From positions 1 through 32,094 of the forward strand of contig DAOUSV010000001.1 of assembly GCA_030627065.1 (NCBI GenBank): DNA of 32,094 bases, in the 5' to 3' direction. The stretch comes from Piscirickettsiaceae bacterium. Lineage in GTDB: Bacteria > Pseudomonadota > Gammaproteobacteria > Nitrosococcales > Methylophagaceae. The translations under genes were made by a program, and so were the position numbers. The notes beneath the pieces are model-generated. The model was given only the letters and a program-made list of their open reading frames with translations, ran no database searches and had not been told where the DNA came from. Position 1 is the stretch's first letter. Each line of letters begins with the position of its first letter. Of the stretch, positions 31,057 to 32,094 are shown piece after piece.

Positions 31057-32094
31057 TTAATTCACATCAATCATTTGCACAGTCCCATCTGGCAGGATTT
31101 CAGCCATTTGTCCTTTGGGTTCATCCATAAATTGTACCGCGATTAATATTGCGACAGCAGTTACCGCGATAATAAGAAAAAATGTTTGTGTCGCCACTAG
31201 GGATAATATCGTTAAGAATATTAAAGCACCAATATTGCCGTAAGCACCTGTCATACCTGCAATTTGTCCAGTTAAACGACGTTGAATCAATGGTACAACA
31301 GCAAAGACAGCCCCACAACCAGCATTGACAAAAAAAGCACAGCCCATTGATGCTAATACCGCCAAGGCTATTGGCCATTCTGACGTGATTTGACTCATGA
31401 CATAATAACCTACAGATAAGCCTGCAATACAAAAACTCAAAGCCATTTTACGACCAAAGCGATCACTTATTAAGCCTCCCGCTGGACGTGATACTAGATT
31501 CATAAAAGCGAAGCCTGAACCTAATAACCCAGCCTGAACTGCACTAAGGTCAAAGGTAGTATAAAAGAATAACGGCAACATTGAGACAACGGCTAATTCA
31601 GAACCAAATGTCACCATATAGGCTAGATCTAATACAGCAACTTGCTTGAATTTATAGCGATGAATTTCAGGAATGGGCTTAAAGAAGATGTCTTTATTAA
31701 CTTGATAAATATGATAAGCCTGATAAAAATAAAGTACAAACAGGCCAATATAGATGGCTTGTACCGTTGAAGCCGATAGCAAATCAACGCCGCTTGGAGA
31801 AAGTTTCCACGACAAAACGGCTAATGCAGCATACATTGGAATATTCATTAGCAAATAGAAATACAGATCACCCTTGCTAGTAACTTCTAAGCCGCCTGAT
31901 TTTTTAGGTTTGAAATAGGTTGAGCCTTTAGGTGTATCAGACACACTAAAATAATAAATAAAGGCATAAATTAAAGCAATAACGCCGGTAAAGGCAACTG
32001 CATAACGCCAGCCATCATCACCACCAAATAATAAGGCAATAGCCGGTAAACTAATCGCCGCCCCAGCCGCTCCGAAATTACCTAAGCCGCCATA
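31057..32094 (-). CDS. NarK/NNP-family nitrate/nitrite MFS transporter (5' end lies beyond the window)
   Basis: The reading frame stays open to the window edge. Both nitrate-signature motifs are visible ([10 protein letters not shown] near 32080 and [11 protein letters not shown]), along with the MFS loop motif SDRFGRK and multiple TM helices. The Met at 31944 in the ORF track is an internal GTG. Confidence 0.85.
   Translation of the reverse strand, partial: YGGLGNFGAAGAAISLPAIALLFGGDDGWRYAVAFTGVIALIYAFIYYFSVSDTPKGSTYFKPKKSGGLEVTSKGDLYFYLLMNIPMYAALAVLSWKLSPSGVDLLSASTVQAIYIGLFVLYFYQAYHIYQVNKDIFFKPIPEIHRYKFKQVAVLDLAYMVTFGSELAVVSMLPLFFYTTFDLSAVQAGLLGSGFAFMNLVSRPAGGLISDRFGRKMALSFCIAGLSVGYYVMSQITSEWPIALAVLASMGCAFFVNAGCGAVFAVVPLIQRRLTGQIAGMTGAYGNIGALIFLTILSLVATQTFFLIIAVTAVAILIAVQFMDEPKGQMAEILPDGTVQMIDVN

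Overview
This 32.1 kb window looks like ordinary core chromosome of a moderately AT-rich gammaproteobacterium. Gene order resembles Pseudomonas, Oceanospirillales or Thiotrichales genomes (pyrR-pyrB-pyrC', gltB-gltD-hemE, purE-purK), but the taxon cannot be fixed from sequence alone. I found no CRISPR array, integrase, transposase, phage genes or rRNA.

Layout:
- A tRNA-Asp(GTC) with its own sigma-70-like promoter sits at the left edge.
- A roughly 12 kb minus-strand array follows with almost no intergenic space: def-fmt-rsmB-DUF4390-ntrY-like-ntrX-like-trkA-yqgE-ruvX-pyrR-pyrB-pyrC', then a small DUF3012 lipoprotein and a HAD hydrolase.
- Next come a monohaem cytochrome c and a plus-strand block of LysM/TsaP-like, dprA, smg, topA and a chalcone-isomerase-like protein.
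- An AT-rich orphan lipoprotein gene, purE-purK and gltB-gltD-hemE complete the core region.

The least ordinary part is the right edge (28.85-32.09 kb). It holds a partial NarK/NNP nitrate transporter tightly coupled to a membrane-tail-anchored PP2C-phosphatase/Hanks-kinase fusion. A small signal-anchored protein follows that carries only a NarX/NarQ-type P-box nitrate-sensing module, and its gene is split by a frameshift at a T4 run. I propose these three genes form a split nitrate-sensing phospho-switch. This is my best candidate for an undescribed system, but it is inference.

Other points worth a second look:
- a catalytically dead dihydroorotase paralogue (PyrC')
- an NtrX-like regulator with the GAFTGA region deleted
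- a dprA whose conserved N-terminus lies upstream of any canonical start codon
- a chain of four ATGA stop/start overlaps

All calls rest on reading the ORF translations and DNA by eye. No database search was run.
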